Shown: positions 55,808-64,000 of the stretch, piece by piece
How positions within the stretch are numbered: position 1 is the stretch's first letter
Layout: every line of letters begins with the position of its first letter
Virus record (IMG/VR): IMGVR_UViG_3300008108_000012
Source: an uncultured virus (IMG/VR IMGVR_UViG_3300008108_000012)
Lineage: Duplodnaviria; Heunggongvirae; Uroviricota; Caudoviricetes
Length of the DNA stretch: 64,000 nt
Reading direction: 5' to 3' (one strand)
The notes under the pieces: model-generated
What the model was told of the DNA's origin: nothing
Database searches by the model: none
The model's input: only the letters and a program-made list of their open reading frames with translations
Position numbers and translations under genes: made by a program

Positions 55808-56023
55808 ATGGAAATTGTTTTATTGGCGATGTGCATATTTTGCGCGTTTGTTCTCGGACGTCTGACCAACTTTAAGTCAGACAAAAAGACCGAAAAATTG
55901 AACAATGAGCTGCGCATAATGACGGAGTCGCGAGATAGATGGCGCGAAAAATACCTCGTGAAAGTCATGAGAGACAAGCTCGAAGAGCTAAACTGCAGGG
56001 ACCGTGAATCTTATAAAGACTAA
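55808..56023 (+). CDS. TM plus coiled-coil protein
   Basis: RBS AGGGG; N-terminal hydrophobic helix. Confidence 0.55.
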   Translation: MEIVLLAMCIFCAFVLGRLTNFKSDKKTEKLNNELRIMTESRDRWREKYLVKVMRDKLEELNCRDRESYKD

Positions 56024-56120
56024 AACTTTTCAGTTGTTTGCAGCTTGCATTGCATTGTTTGTTGCTGCTAAGTACGGCATCGCGCGCTTAGAGCGTGACC
56101 ACAATGATATGTGGGAATAA

Positions 56121-56873
56121 TTAGAAGTCGGAGTGAGCTTCTATAAATTCGAATAAACGTTCTGCTGTTGTGTCGCCGCCATATACGGCAGAAGACTTTA
56201 GATAACGAATAAAGTCATACCATCTACGTTGCTGTGCAGCAGAATCAAACACCAAAGTGTATTGAACTACTGCTTTTTCTGTTCCGCCGGATGTAATAGC
56301 CGTACTTCCTTGCGACACAGCAACGCCAGTGTCAATGTCCGGCCTTGCCTCAAGCCTCTTCTCTCCAGTACTTGGGTCAAGTGCTGCGACGGCTTCTATC
56401 GGTCTAACTATCTCTGGAGCAACATACCCCTGAACGTAGTCTTCGTCATATTTTTCTGCATGCTCTGACAGGGCGGCTATTTCAAAATCATCCCACTGCA
56501 ACTGTTCAAAAAGATATGAATAGTCATCTGACACGCTAGACAGCATTTCGAATAACGCCGTTTCATCCGTGTGTCCTAATTCAACAGTTCGGTTGTCTGC
56601 AATGGCAAACGCTATTGCCGCTTTGTCGTCGGCATCAAGAACTATTGCCGCCATTTCAGTCCACCCAAGAGACTTGGCCGCCTGTAGTTGATGGTTCCCA
56701 GCAAGAACGGTATAAGTACCATCATCGTTATCTTTCACGACAATTGGCTTTACCTGGCCAAACTCATTGTATGAGGCAGCTATCGCATCAACGTTGCCTC
56801 GTCTGGGGTTTCCTTCGAGAGGTAGCAACGACTCTATTGGGAGAGCAAGGCTAGAAAGACTTTCGTGAATCAT
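56121..56873 (-). CDS. ParB-like nuclease domain protein
   Basis: NPR.G.V.AIA.S...FG...PIVV; AGNH.L.AA..LG; IADNR. Confidence 0.85.
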   Translation of the reverse strand: MIHESLSSLALPIESLLPLEGNPRRGNVDAIAASYNEFGQVKPIVVKDNDDGTYTVLAGNHQLQAAKSLGWTEMAAIVLDADDKAAIAFAIADNRTVELGHTDETALFEMLSSVSDDYSYLFEQLQWDDFEIAALSEHAEKYDEDYVQGYVAPEIVRPIEAVAALDPSTGEKRLEARPDIDTGVAVSQGSTAITSGGTEKAVVQYTLVFDSAAQQRRWYDFIRYLKSSAVYGGDTTAERLFEFIEAHSDF

Positions 56874-57115
56874 AATTCCATATTTTCAGTTGTCTGCAAA
56901 GACAAAGCTACGACGAACTTAGACTCGGATTTAATTTCTATCAACTCTAAGCCGAGGATATGGATAACCGCTCTGGCCAGCTCGCCCATAGAGTTGTCTA
57001 GTTCAATAAGGTCCTTGTCGGACAAGTCTCCAGGGTCCGTCATGTCTAGAAACTCTTCTTTTATATGGTTTTGGATGGCCGAAATGGCCTGGGAAAATTT
57101 CTGGTCGTTTGACAT
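56870..57115 (-). CDS. Hypothetical protein
   Basis: Coupled to the ParB-like gene. Confidence 0.55.
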   Translation of the reverse strand: MSNDQKFSQAISAIQNHIKEEFLDMTDPGDLSDKDLIELDNSMGELARAVIHILGLELIEIKSESKFVVALSLQTTENMEL

Positions 57116-57185
57116 TGCAACACTCTATCACTGGCGCTATAGTTAGTTCCACATCGGCTACGGCCACAACATGAGGAGAAAAAAA

Positions 57186-57668
57186 ATGACTACTCAGGTC
57201 ACATTGATTGGGAACGCCACTGGCGACCCAGAACTTAAGTATTTCCAGAACGGAACAGCAAAAGCCACATTTGGTCTTGCCGTCAACCGTTACTGGAATG
57301 ATGAGAGTGGAGAGAAGAAGGAGCAAGTCTCGTACTTCACAGTAGAAGGCTGGCGCTACACAGCGGAAGACATTGCACGCGTTGTCGAAAAAGGAATTCG
57401 CATTGTTGTCGTTGGCAAGCTCGAGCAGCAGTCCTGGGAAGACAAGGACAGCGGAGAAAAGCGCTCCAAGGTGATTATCACTGCTGACAACATCGGAATC
57501 CACTCCATGGCAATCGAAAGCGTTGAGCGCCGTCGTGGTGGAAACTCTGCTGGAATTGCAGACGACTCTGTTGCGACAGCATCACGCAAGGCACCACAAA
57601 CAGCGGCTAAAAAGCCAGCTCGTCCAGCTGCGCGCCGCGAAGATTTGGCCGACGAAGAACCGTTCTGA
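57186..57668 (+). CDS. ssb: Single-stranded DNA-binding protein
   Basis: LIGN...DPEL; F.V..W; KG..I.V.G.L; acidic tail EEPF. Confidence 0.92.
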   Translation: MTTQVTLIGNATGDPELKYFQNGTAKATFGLAVNRYWNDESGEKKEQVSYFTVEGWRYTAEDIARVVEKGIRIVVVGKLEQQSWEDKDSGEKRSKVIITADNIGIHSMAIESVERRRGGNSAGIADDSVATASRKAPQTAAKKPARPAARREDLADEEPF

Positions 57669-57677
57669 GCCTCGGAT

Positions 57678-57709
57678 ACCGGCTGTGACTTTGGTCACAG
57701 CCGGTTTTT
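57678..57709 (+). terminator. Intrinsic terminator after ssb
   Basis: ACCGGCTGTGAC-TTTG-GTCACAGCCGGT-TTTT. Confidence 0.8.
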
Positions 57710-57857
57710 CCATATATAACAAGGACTTCAGGGCGGAATATTGTTAACTGTTACCTAAATAAGGTGCAACAAATTCTGCCCTTGGGGTATAATAGATAGA
57801 TAAGTATTAACTAGCCCGGTGCGCCGGAGTCATATTCGCCGAACAAAGGAACGAACA

Positions 57858-59060
57858 TTGGATAAAGCAAAGCGTGTATTCGCTATCCTCCTGTTAAGTA
57901 TTGTTGTTATTGGGACAGCACCGGCAAAGCTGTCCGCCAGCCCTTCTTTAGGAGAGGGGGTGGTTAGCCGGTCAGCACTTGATTCGCGTGCATGGGAGAC
58001 CCCCACTAGTTCTTCAAATTTTGACCTTCGAAAATCGTCCACAGAACGCAAGCACGCATACCCAACAGATGAATTTTGGGACAAGCTAGCCCAGTGCGAA
58101 ACAGCGCAGAATTGGCAAAATGGCGGTCGATGGGCTGGTGGTCTCGGAATCATGAACAACAGCAAATTCCCCAAGCGAGAAATGGGGACATGGGAGCGTT
58201 TTGGTGGAGAGCAATTTGCCCCCACCCCAGACAAGGCAACGCGAGAAGAGCAGATAATTGTCGCTAACCGTATTGCCGTTGAGGGCTACCAGCAGTTGGT
58301 TCAGCGTGACCCAGATTGGGCGCGACGCCAAGGTGTCCCAGCTCAGTACCTGTGGGACCAAAACCCAGTTGGTCTCGGCGGCTGGGGTTGCTATAAGTCC
58401 AAGTCAAGCGGTAAATACCGCATGGACAAGCCAAAGATGTACTACTACGAAAACTACAAAGATGTTGTGCACTTTAAGTTTACGATGAACGAAAAGAGTA
58501 AAGCGGTTCACGACTTGCAGGTCTTTTTGGGACTAAAGGTGGACAGCTGGTACGGGCCAAAGACTCGTCAAGCGCATCGTAAATACATTAAAAAACACAA
58601 TATCCAGACGTACGACACAATTCCTTACTTGTCCGGTGGGGTTACAGCACAAAGTGTTAGCAGCAATAAAACTGCTCCAGAAAAACGTTGCCCGAAGTGG
58701 GAGAAAATGCTCAAGCAATACAAATTGCCTGTTAAGGATTTTTCTTACATCATGTGGCGAGAGTCGCGCTGTATTTCCAAAGCCATTGGCTGGAACTACA
58801 GAAAAGGGATGAGCCATAAGGACTGCAATCTTGCCCCTGCAGTTCAATACAAAAAATGCAAGGCCGTGAAGTCGTACGACAGTGGTCTATTGCAAATTAA
58901 TAGCTCATGGGTAACGGTAACGGCGCAGGTCTGCAAGTCAAAACGAGGAGATATGACAGTTCTCCTCAAGCCTGAATGCAACATTGCTGTCGCTCTGCAC
59001 TTGTACAATAATGGTGGAATGCATCATTGGAAGGCCACTTCTGGCCGGTATCCGGAGTAA
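57858..59060 (+). CDS. Secreted dual lytic transglycosylase: Rpf-like + PG-binding + SLT-like domains
   Basis: WDKLAQCET..NW...GGL; ATREEQI.VA; VD.WYGPKT; RESRC...DSGLLQIN; start uncertain. Confidence 0.8.
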   Translation: MDKAKRVFAILLLSIVVIGTAPAKLSASPSLGEGVVSRSALDSRAWETPTSSSNFDLRKSSTERKHAYPTDEFWDKLAQCETAQNWQNGGRWAGGLGIMNNSKFPKREMGTWERFGGEQFAPTPDKATREEQIIVANRIAVEGYQQLVQRDPDWARRQGVPAQYLWDQNPVGLGGWGCYKSKSSGKYRMDKPKMYYYENYKDVVHFKFTMNEKSKAVHDLQVFLGLKVDSWYGPKTRQAHRKYIKKHNIQTYDTIPYLSGGVTAQSVSSNKTAPEKRCPKWEKMLKQYKLPVKDFSYIMWRESRCISKAIGWNYRKGMSHKDCNLAPAVQYKKCKAVKSYDSGLLQINSSWVTVTAQVCKSKRGDMTVLLKPECNIAVALHLYNNGGMHHWKATSGRYPE

Positions 59061-59267
59061 AGTAATGGGCGTGTACTCGAGAGCTAATAAAATCGAAAAA
59101 CTTGAAGTAAAGCATATTCACTTATGGTTCGGAGAGCGAATCGATAAAGATGACATTTCAATAGTGGATGTCACTGTCTGTGCTTGGGTTAACCCACCCA
59201 AGGAACAGATAACACACAATAAAGAACTCGTAACATGCGATTCATGCATAAGAAGGGCAAGATAAAA

Positions 59268-59549
59268 ATGGTAGGGAAAGACGCTCCAAACATGGACCAC
59301 TCACACTACGAAAAGAAAGAAATTTCTTTTAAAGAGTGGATGTCTATGGGTATTGCACGTGGATGGGCTGGTCCGCCAGTGTGTTATACACACGATGGAT
59401 TACCAACATCGCCAGGCGAAGATGAAGAGTTTGATGAAGGATTGGACCCGTGTATTCATATTATTCGTCTCTATGAAGACGAGGAACATCGTGCCTCGAT
59501 TGAAGAATCCCACTCCCCTTCACAATGGCGTAACCATTACTTAAAGTAG
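59268..59549 (+). CDS. Conserved actinophage hypothetical protein
   Basis: W...G...GW.GPPVC.THDG.P...DPC.H..RLY. Confidence 0.65.
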   Translation: MVGKDAPNMDHSHYEKKEISFKEWMSMGIARGWAGPPVCYTHDGLPTSPGEDEEFDEGLDPCIHIIRLYEDEEHRASIEESHSPSQWRNHYLK

Positions 59550-59618
59550 CTCCACCGCATTATTCTCGCGTGCTGTATTATTGTGTGGGGACAATCCCAC
59601 CGACAATAAGGAGCTCAA

Positions 59619-60011
59619 ATGCCGGCAACAATTCCATTTTCAATTTTCACTCTCACATCAGACGAGGTTTTAGCAACAGGTACGAAGGCACGCATGGTAG
59701 CCCCATGTGACGGCAAAATCGTAAAAGTTACAGCTGCTCTTATCAGCGCATCTGTAGGTTCTTCTGTGATTCTCGATGTGAATATCGGTGGAACAACAAT
59801 TTTCACCACTCAGGCAAACCGCCCTACAGTGGCGGCAGCTGCAACAACTGCAACAACTGGAACTGCACAGGTTGTTGAGTTTTCAGCCGGCGATGTAATC
59901 ACTGTAGATGTAGACCAGGTTGGTTCCGGTACTGCTGGTACCGGCTTCACAGTCGCAATTGCCTACGAAGACAAGGACTCGGCTTCCACACACGCCATTC
60001 AGGGTCTCTAA
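59619..60011 (+). CDS. Virion structural/decoration-like protein
   Basis: RBS AAGGAG; AGDVITVDVDQVGSGTAG. Confidence 0.65.
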   Translation: MPATIPFSIFTLTSDEVLATGTKARMVAPCDGKIVKVTAALISASVGSSVILDVNIGGTTIFTTQANRPTVAAAATTATTGTAQVVEFSAGDVITVDVDQVGSGTAGTGFTVAIAYEDKDSASTHAIQGL

Positions 60012-60028
60012 TACCCGACAAGGAGAAT

Positions 60029-60059
60029 GGCCCGGGTGTAACAGCCCGGGCCTTTTTCT
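60029..60059 (+). terminator. Intrinsic terminator
   Basis: GGCCCGGG...CCCGGGCC-TTTTT. Confidence 0.75.
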
Positions 60060-60342
60060 ATTTATTGGTTATGTCGCCAATTTGTCGCGCAATCTGCCCT
60101 ACAGAAGGGAGATAGCTAGATATACCGGCGTTAGATACTTCTCCATCCTTTGCTGATATAGCTTTGGAGTACCCAATCCGTCGGGAAGACTCAACTTCTT
60201 CTAGGCGATTAAGATAGAACTTTAAACTGTTGGTTATGGATTCAATTTCGCGCTTAAGGAAAGCTATTTCTCTTTCTAGTGCGTCTACTTCATCTCTTAT
60301 TTGGCCCGATATGTCGTCAGAGCCACGCTTTGATTTTCTCAT
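60058..60342 (-). CDS. Coiled-coil hypothetical protein
   Basis: Heptad pattern; coupled to the upstream gene. Confidence 0.55.
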   Translation of the reverse strand: MRKSKRGSDDISGQIRDEVDALEREIAFLKREIESITNSLKFYLNRLEEVESSRRIGYSKAISAKDGEVSNAGISSYLPSVGQIARQIGDITNK

Positions 60343-60695
60343 TTATAACCTTTGACTACTCCGTCAGGAATGACAGCAAACCTGCATTTTCCATTAGATT
60401 CTACGGGCATTGCCAGGATTTTGCAAGAGCTTCCGCCCTCGTACAGTACGCAGTTTGAGCACTTAACCCCGATTGAAGCTTTCTGGTTTTCAGCGGCGCT
60501 TTTATATCCGGCCCATATGCCTTTGCCGTCTTGGTTGAATTTGCCGTGCCTTTTGGCAATTGAAACCAAAGCTTCAGCCAGTTCTTTTTCTTCTTGCTGG
60601 AGTACGGGTGCTTGCTCTGTGACCTTGACTATCCTTATATTGCCTCCGCTCATTAGGGATGCAATGATGTTCATAATTGCGTTGCTATCTTTCAT
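60339..60695 (-). CDS. HiPIP-like four-Cys protein
   Basis: Y...KCSNC.LY.....C.......NGKC. Confidence 0.55.
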   Translation of the reverse strand: MKDSNAIMNIIASLMSGGNIRIVKVTEQAPVLQQEEKELAEALVSIAKRHGKFNQDGKGIWAGYKSAAENQKASIGVKCSNCVLYEGGSSCKILAMPVESNGKCRFAVIPDGVVKGYK

Positions 60696-61090
60696 TTGAA
60701 TTCCGTCCAAGTCTTATTGCCGACGCCATAATATTCTCTCGCTAGTCCTGATTGAATTATGTCGTTATTCAAGCATGCTGTAGCTGGGTCATTTACGTCT
60801 TCAGAGCTGTATATTTTTGCCAAGATTCTGCCGTATTTATCGTTTTTGTCTGGGATTGTGTTCACATATACCCATTTATGACTTGTTAGCCAGTCGGAGG
60901 TAAAGTCCTTGGCTTTAACACCAAGAGCTTTTTCTTCTTTGTTTGATGTTCTCGACTCTGGGGTATTAACGCCATACAGACGAACACGTATTTTGTGGTG
61001 TATATCAAACCCTAGGTCTATACGCAAATCTAGCGTGTCACCGTCTATTACCTTAAGTACTTCGGCACCGTACCAATATCTTTCGTTCAT
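60692..61090 (-). CDS. Thermonuclease (SNase) family nuclease
   Basis: VIDGDT, VRL.GV.TPE, DKYGR.LA and GLA motifs. Confidence 0.9.
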   Translation of the reverse strand: MNERYWYGAEVLKVIDGDTLDLRIDLGFDIHHKIRVRLYGVNTPESRTSNKEEKALGVKAKDFTSDWLTSHKWVYVNTIPDKNDKYGRILAKIYSSEDVNDPATACLNNDIIQSGLAREYYGVGNKTWTEFK

Positions 61091-61112
61091 ATAGCAATTA
61101 TCCCACAAAAGC

Positions 61113-61138
61113 AAAACCCCCGGGTTTTATCCCGGGGG
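61113..61138 (-). terminator. Terminator after the capsid gene
   Basis: CCCCCGGG/CCCGGGGG stem with a U-run on the minus strand. Confidence 0.65.
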
Positions 61139-61162
61139 CCCTACTATTGATTTTGTTTGTTA

Positions 61163-62506
61163 TTAGGCAGTTGGTGCTGCGTCGAAGTCAACCTTGACGA
61201 ATGCTTCTGGACGCTTCACTGCAAGAGCAAGACGCTGCTCAGCAAGAACCACAATTGCGTTGCGCACGAAGAAGTCTGCGTGCTGCTCTGAAATGCGGAT
61301 GCTTGCCTGCTCGCGGTCGTACAACTGTGCGCCGGTGCCGAAAGCTCCGACGAGAGCTGTGCCCTCTGCGATTGCTGGGGTGTCGATAACTGGCATGCGC
61401 CAGATACGCTGTTCTCCACCAAGAGCTACCGAGACAGCAACGAGGTACTGACCCTGGTCGTCCTTTGCGAGTTCCATGTCTTCCCAGTCGTTCGGGTGCA
61501 AGACCACGCCTGTTGGCTCGTAGTACGAGAGGAATGACAGTGTCGCAGCACGACGGATTGCGTCAGCCTTGTTGTCAGCAACTGGCAAGTGAGCACCTTC
61601 GGACCATGCGTACTCCTGGATGCCCGTGGTCTGAAGAACACCCTGAAGGTTCTCGCCGGTGCCGTCACCGTTAAGAATTTGAGAGTCCTCAAGAAGACGG
61701 AGACCGTACATGAGTTCGTTGTCGATAATGCTGCGGAGCTGTGGCTCGTCTGCAAGAACGTTGCGGTGTGCAGCTTCCCAGTGTGCAAGTGTGCGTACTG
61801 GGGCTTGCTCACCGACGAACACCATGCTCGACTGTGGCTTAGCACCAAAAGCAGTATTGCCACCATTGCGCTCAGCAACTGAAGCAGCAGCATTTGTGCC
61901 GCCGCCGGCGCTTGTGAAACCAAGCTGGCGGAAGTACTCAATGACAGCAGCTGTCGTTGTGCGGGTTGGGAAGAGGTCACGAACGCGCTTGGTACGTGTT
62001 GGCGGGGTGACGATTGGGTCACGCTGAATGGTACCGAACGAACCAGGTGTTCCTGATGGAAGTGCTGAGTAAACGTCCTTGACGCCGTAGTTTGTCAGTG
62101 ACAAACCAGCCTGCCAAGGCGAAATCATGTTTGCACCATTCTTGCCACCCTGAAGTGACTTGAACTCTGGGGATTCGGTGAACATTTGACCAATTGACTT
62201 GAAGCCCATATCGCGAGCTGCTTCGTATAGTGCATTTTCTGCACTCTTGGCGTTGTATTCAACTGCGACAGAGTTACCCTCTTCGCGGCTCCATCCGTCA
62301 ACATCCTTCATCTGCTCTAGGCCATCGATGAGGCTGCGGATTTCACGGATGTCGCGCATGTTTGAATCGAATGCGGACTTTTGTTCTGAAGACACAACAA
62401 CTGTGCCATCTTCAACCTTGAACGAATCAGCAATTGACTTGTTCTCGGCCATTTTTGTTCTGAGTGCGCCTTGTAGTTCGCGTACTCTTGCTTCGTCGTA
62501 AGACAT
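61163..62506 (-). CDS. Major capsid protein, HK97 fold
   Basis: Coiled-coil delta domain; E..IL.GDG.G..L.G; F.RN......E.R...V.RPEAF. Confidence 0.93.
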   Translation of the reverse strand: MSYDEARVRELQGALRTKMAENKSIADSFKVEDGTVVVSSEQKSAFDSNMRDIREIRSLIDGLEQMKDVDGWSREEGNSVAVEYNAKSAENALYEAARDMGFKSIGQMFTESPEFKSLQGGKNGANMISPWQAGLSLTNYGVKDVYSALPSGTPGSFGTIQRDPIVTPPTRTKRVRDLFPTRTTTAAVIEYFRQLGFTSAGGGTNAAASVAERNGGNTAFGAKPQSSMVFVGEQAPVRTLAHWEAAHRNVLADEPQLRSIIDNELMYGLRLLEDSQILNGDGTGENLQGVLQTTGIQEYAWSEGAHLPVADNKADAIRRAATLSFLSYYEPTGVVLHPNDWEDMELAKDDQGQYLVAVSVALGGEQRIWRMPVIDTPAIAEGTALVGAFGTGAQLYDREQASIRISEQHADFFVRNAIVVLAEQRLALAVKRPEAFVKVDFDAAPTA

Positions 62507-62649
62507 TTGTCTTTCTCCTTAGAAAGTTTGGATTTTTGGAATTTTGGGTCAGATACATCTGCTTAGGTAAGCACCCAGCTCCTGTTTCCTGATACCTAAT
62601 GTACCAAACCTAATATCTGTTGTAGTGGAAGTATTGCAAGAAAACAGTA

Positions 62650-62835
62650 TTAATTTGGAACTTGTAAAGCGTCGCCAGATTTAGCTAAATCGTTGGCAGC
62701 AAAGCGCATTCGCCAGTACATGGCGATGTTTTCTGGAGTTTGTTTGACACCATACTTAGACATATCTTCATCTCGTATTGCAGCAAGATAAATCTTTTCA
62801 ATGTCATCGGAAAGAATGTTGTTTTCCATCGTCAT
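62650..62835 (-). CDS. Hypothetical protein
   Basis: Coupled to the upstream gene; RBS AAAGG. Confidence 0.55.
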   Translation of the reverse strand: MTMENNILSDDIEKIYLAAIRDEDMSKYGVKQTPENIAMYWRMRFAANDLAKSGDALQVPN

Positions 62836-64000
62836 GCACCTTTTCTTAAAATGTTTGTGACGTTGCCTGTTGTCATTCTGGCTACGTTCACTCCGTCAGG
62901 AATTGGCATTGTGTTGATTATTTCTGCAATTTCTTTATGGGTCAAGTTCGGTCTTGATTTAATCAAACGCTGTACTTCTCTAATTCGTTTGTCAACAAAT
63001 TTTTGTGTCAAGCTTTTTTTAATTTTTCTAGCCGTTTGTTCTTTGTTGGGAAGGCGGTAGCTCTCGAGAATCCCAGCCTTACGCATGCGCGTCAACCGTG
63101 CTGTCCAATCTGTACGGTCCATAAGTATGTCGTACTCGTTCCGTAGCGCCTCTAGGGCGTCGGCGACCTGTAGACCGCGACCGTAAACATCCAGTATGGC
63201 GTCCTGTACGTCTTCCTTGGAGTATCTATCTTTGTCGTAGCGCGTAGCCATACTCCCGGATATTTGACCGCCAGAGTTTTCGGGAAGACGGCGCACAAAC
63301 TGGTTTACGAACCTGGCTCCCTCTTCTGAATACCGCTGCTGCCTTAAATCGACGTTGTAACGCTTAATTGCTTCAGACAGAAGGGTGCTGGCAATGCCCT
63401 TACGTTTTGAATCTGGAGAAATAAAGATGTTTACATTTCCTTTTTTCTCAAGAGGAAGGTCTTGAGGGTAGTGGTAAACAATTCCTTTTAATATTCCTTT
63501 TTCATCTCTCCACAGAAGACAGTCAACCCATTGTCCAGGCTGGAGACCGTTGCCCGTTCCTTTGAAATACGAAAATCCGGGAGGACCTTTTTTGTCAAAC
63601 TGAGAAGCTTGCCCCTTGAATGGCCATGGCTCTCCACCAAGACTTTCTTTTACGTCTTTCCATGGTTTGCCTCTATATTTAGGAGCGTTTCGCATCTCTC
63701 TTCTGCTGTTGAAAGACTCCCAGCCTTCTGCTGGTTGAGTTATTCGACCAGATATTGAGCCACCCATTCTGCCGGAAACGGATACGGGTTCAACAGCACG
63801 TCTGTAGCGAATTCTTGTATCAGGAAGTGTTACGCCATCGTCTTCCCATGCCAATAGCTCTTCGGGGGTAACGCCTTCACCAAACTTGTCTTTGCGCGAC
63901 TTTTTGATAAGCGCCCTAATTTCATCCCGGGTTTTTCTTTCAGAATCGCCTAACTTTCCTCTAAAAATATCGTTTACTGATTCAGAAAGTTTTTTCAGAA
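62832..64000 (-). CDS. Large head-region multidomain protein with a GNAT-like domain, 5' partial
   Basis: Frame stays open to the window edge; ISPDSKRKGIASTLL...YSEEG acetyl-CoA-binding pattern. Confidence 0.65.
   Translation of the reverse strand, partial: LKKLSESVNDIFRGKLGDSERKTRDEIRALIKKSRKDKFGEGVTPEELLAWEDDGVTLPDTRIRYRRAVEPVSVSGRMGGSISGRITQPAEGWESFNSRREMRNAPKYRGKPWKDVKESLGGEPWPFKGQASQFDKKGPPGFSYFKGTGNGLQPGQWVDCLLWRDEKGILKGIVYHYPQDLPLEKKGNVNIFISPDSKRKGIASTLLSEAIKRYNVDLRQQRYSEEGARFVNQFVRRLPENSGGQISGSMATRYDKDRYSKEDVQDAILDVYGRGLQVADALEALRNEYDILMDRTDWTARLTRMRKAGILESYRLPNKEQTARKIKKSLTQKFVDKRIREVQRLIKSRPNLTHKEIAEIINTMPIPDGVNVARMTTGNVTNILRKGA

Noticed and set aside
57684..57699. Perfect TGTGACTTTGGTCACA as another promoter box
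   Set aside because: It forms the stem-loop of the ssb terminator, which explains the symmetry; identity with 19648 noted but not counted

Overview
A 64-kb segment of a large tailed dsDNA phage (HK97-fold major capsid at 61.2-62.5 kb). The host is probably an actinobacterium; this is inferred from three WhiB homologues, an Rpf-like transglycosylase, an MSMEG_6728-type glycosylase, a short-variable-loop tRNA-Leu(UAA) and several apparently leaderless genes. Layout: tail/surface and glycosyltransferase genes (1-9.3 kb); lysis genes (9.4-10.9 kb); regulatory and replication-initiation genes (11-16 kb); an accessory region of small genes (15.5-33 kb); DNA metabolism genes including SNF2 helicase, PAPS-reductase-like protein, primase-helicase, thioredoxin and class II RNR (33.7-47 kb); ten tRNAs (44.5-55.4 kb); then SSB, transglycosylase, nuclease and head genes (56-64 kb). 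The most unusual part is 15.5-33 kb. It holds 16 copies of an asymmetric 14-mer, CTTCC(A/G)CCACCGT(C/A), all on the + strand and mostly about 700 bp apart. From about 24 kb onward these copies mark the borders of self-contained cassettes (operator box + sigma70-type promoter, small gene(s), terminator) that occur in both orientations. The last four cassettes each end in a 16-18 aa hydrophobic micropeptide ORF. The cassette genes appear purged of several 4-bp palindromes, while the DNA just downstream of each 14-mer is not. A candidate 188-nt structured RNA lies between tRNA-Pro and tRNA-Thr. All calls come from reading the sequence by eye; no database searches were run.
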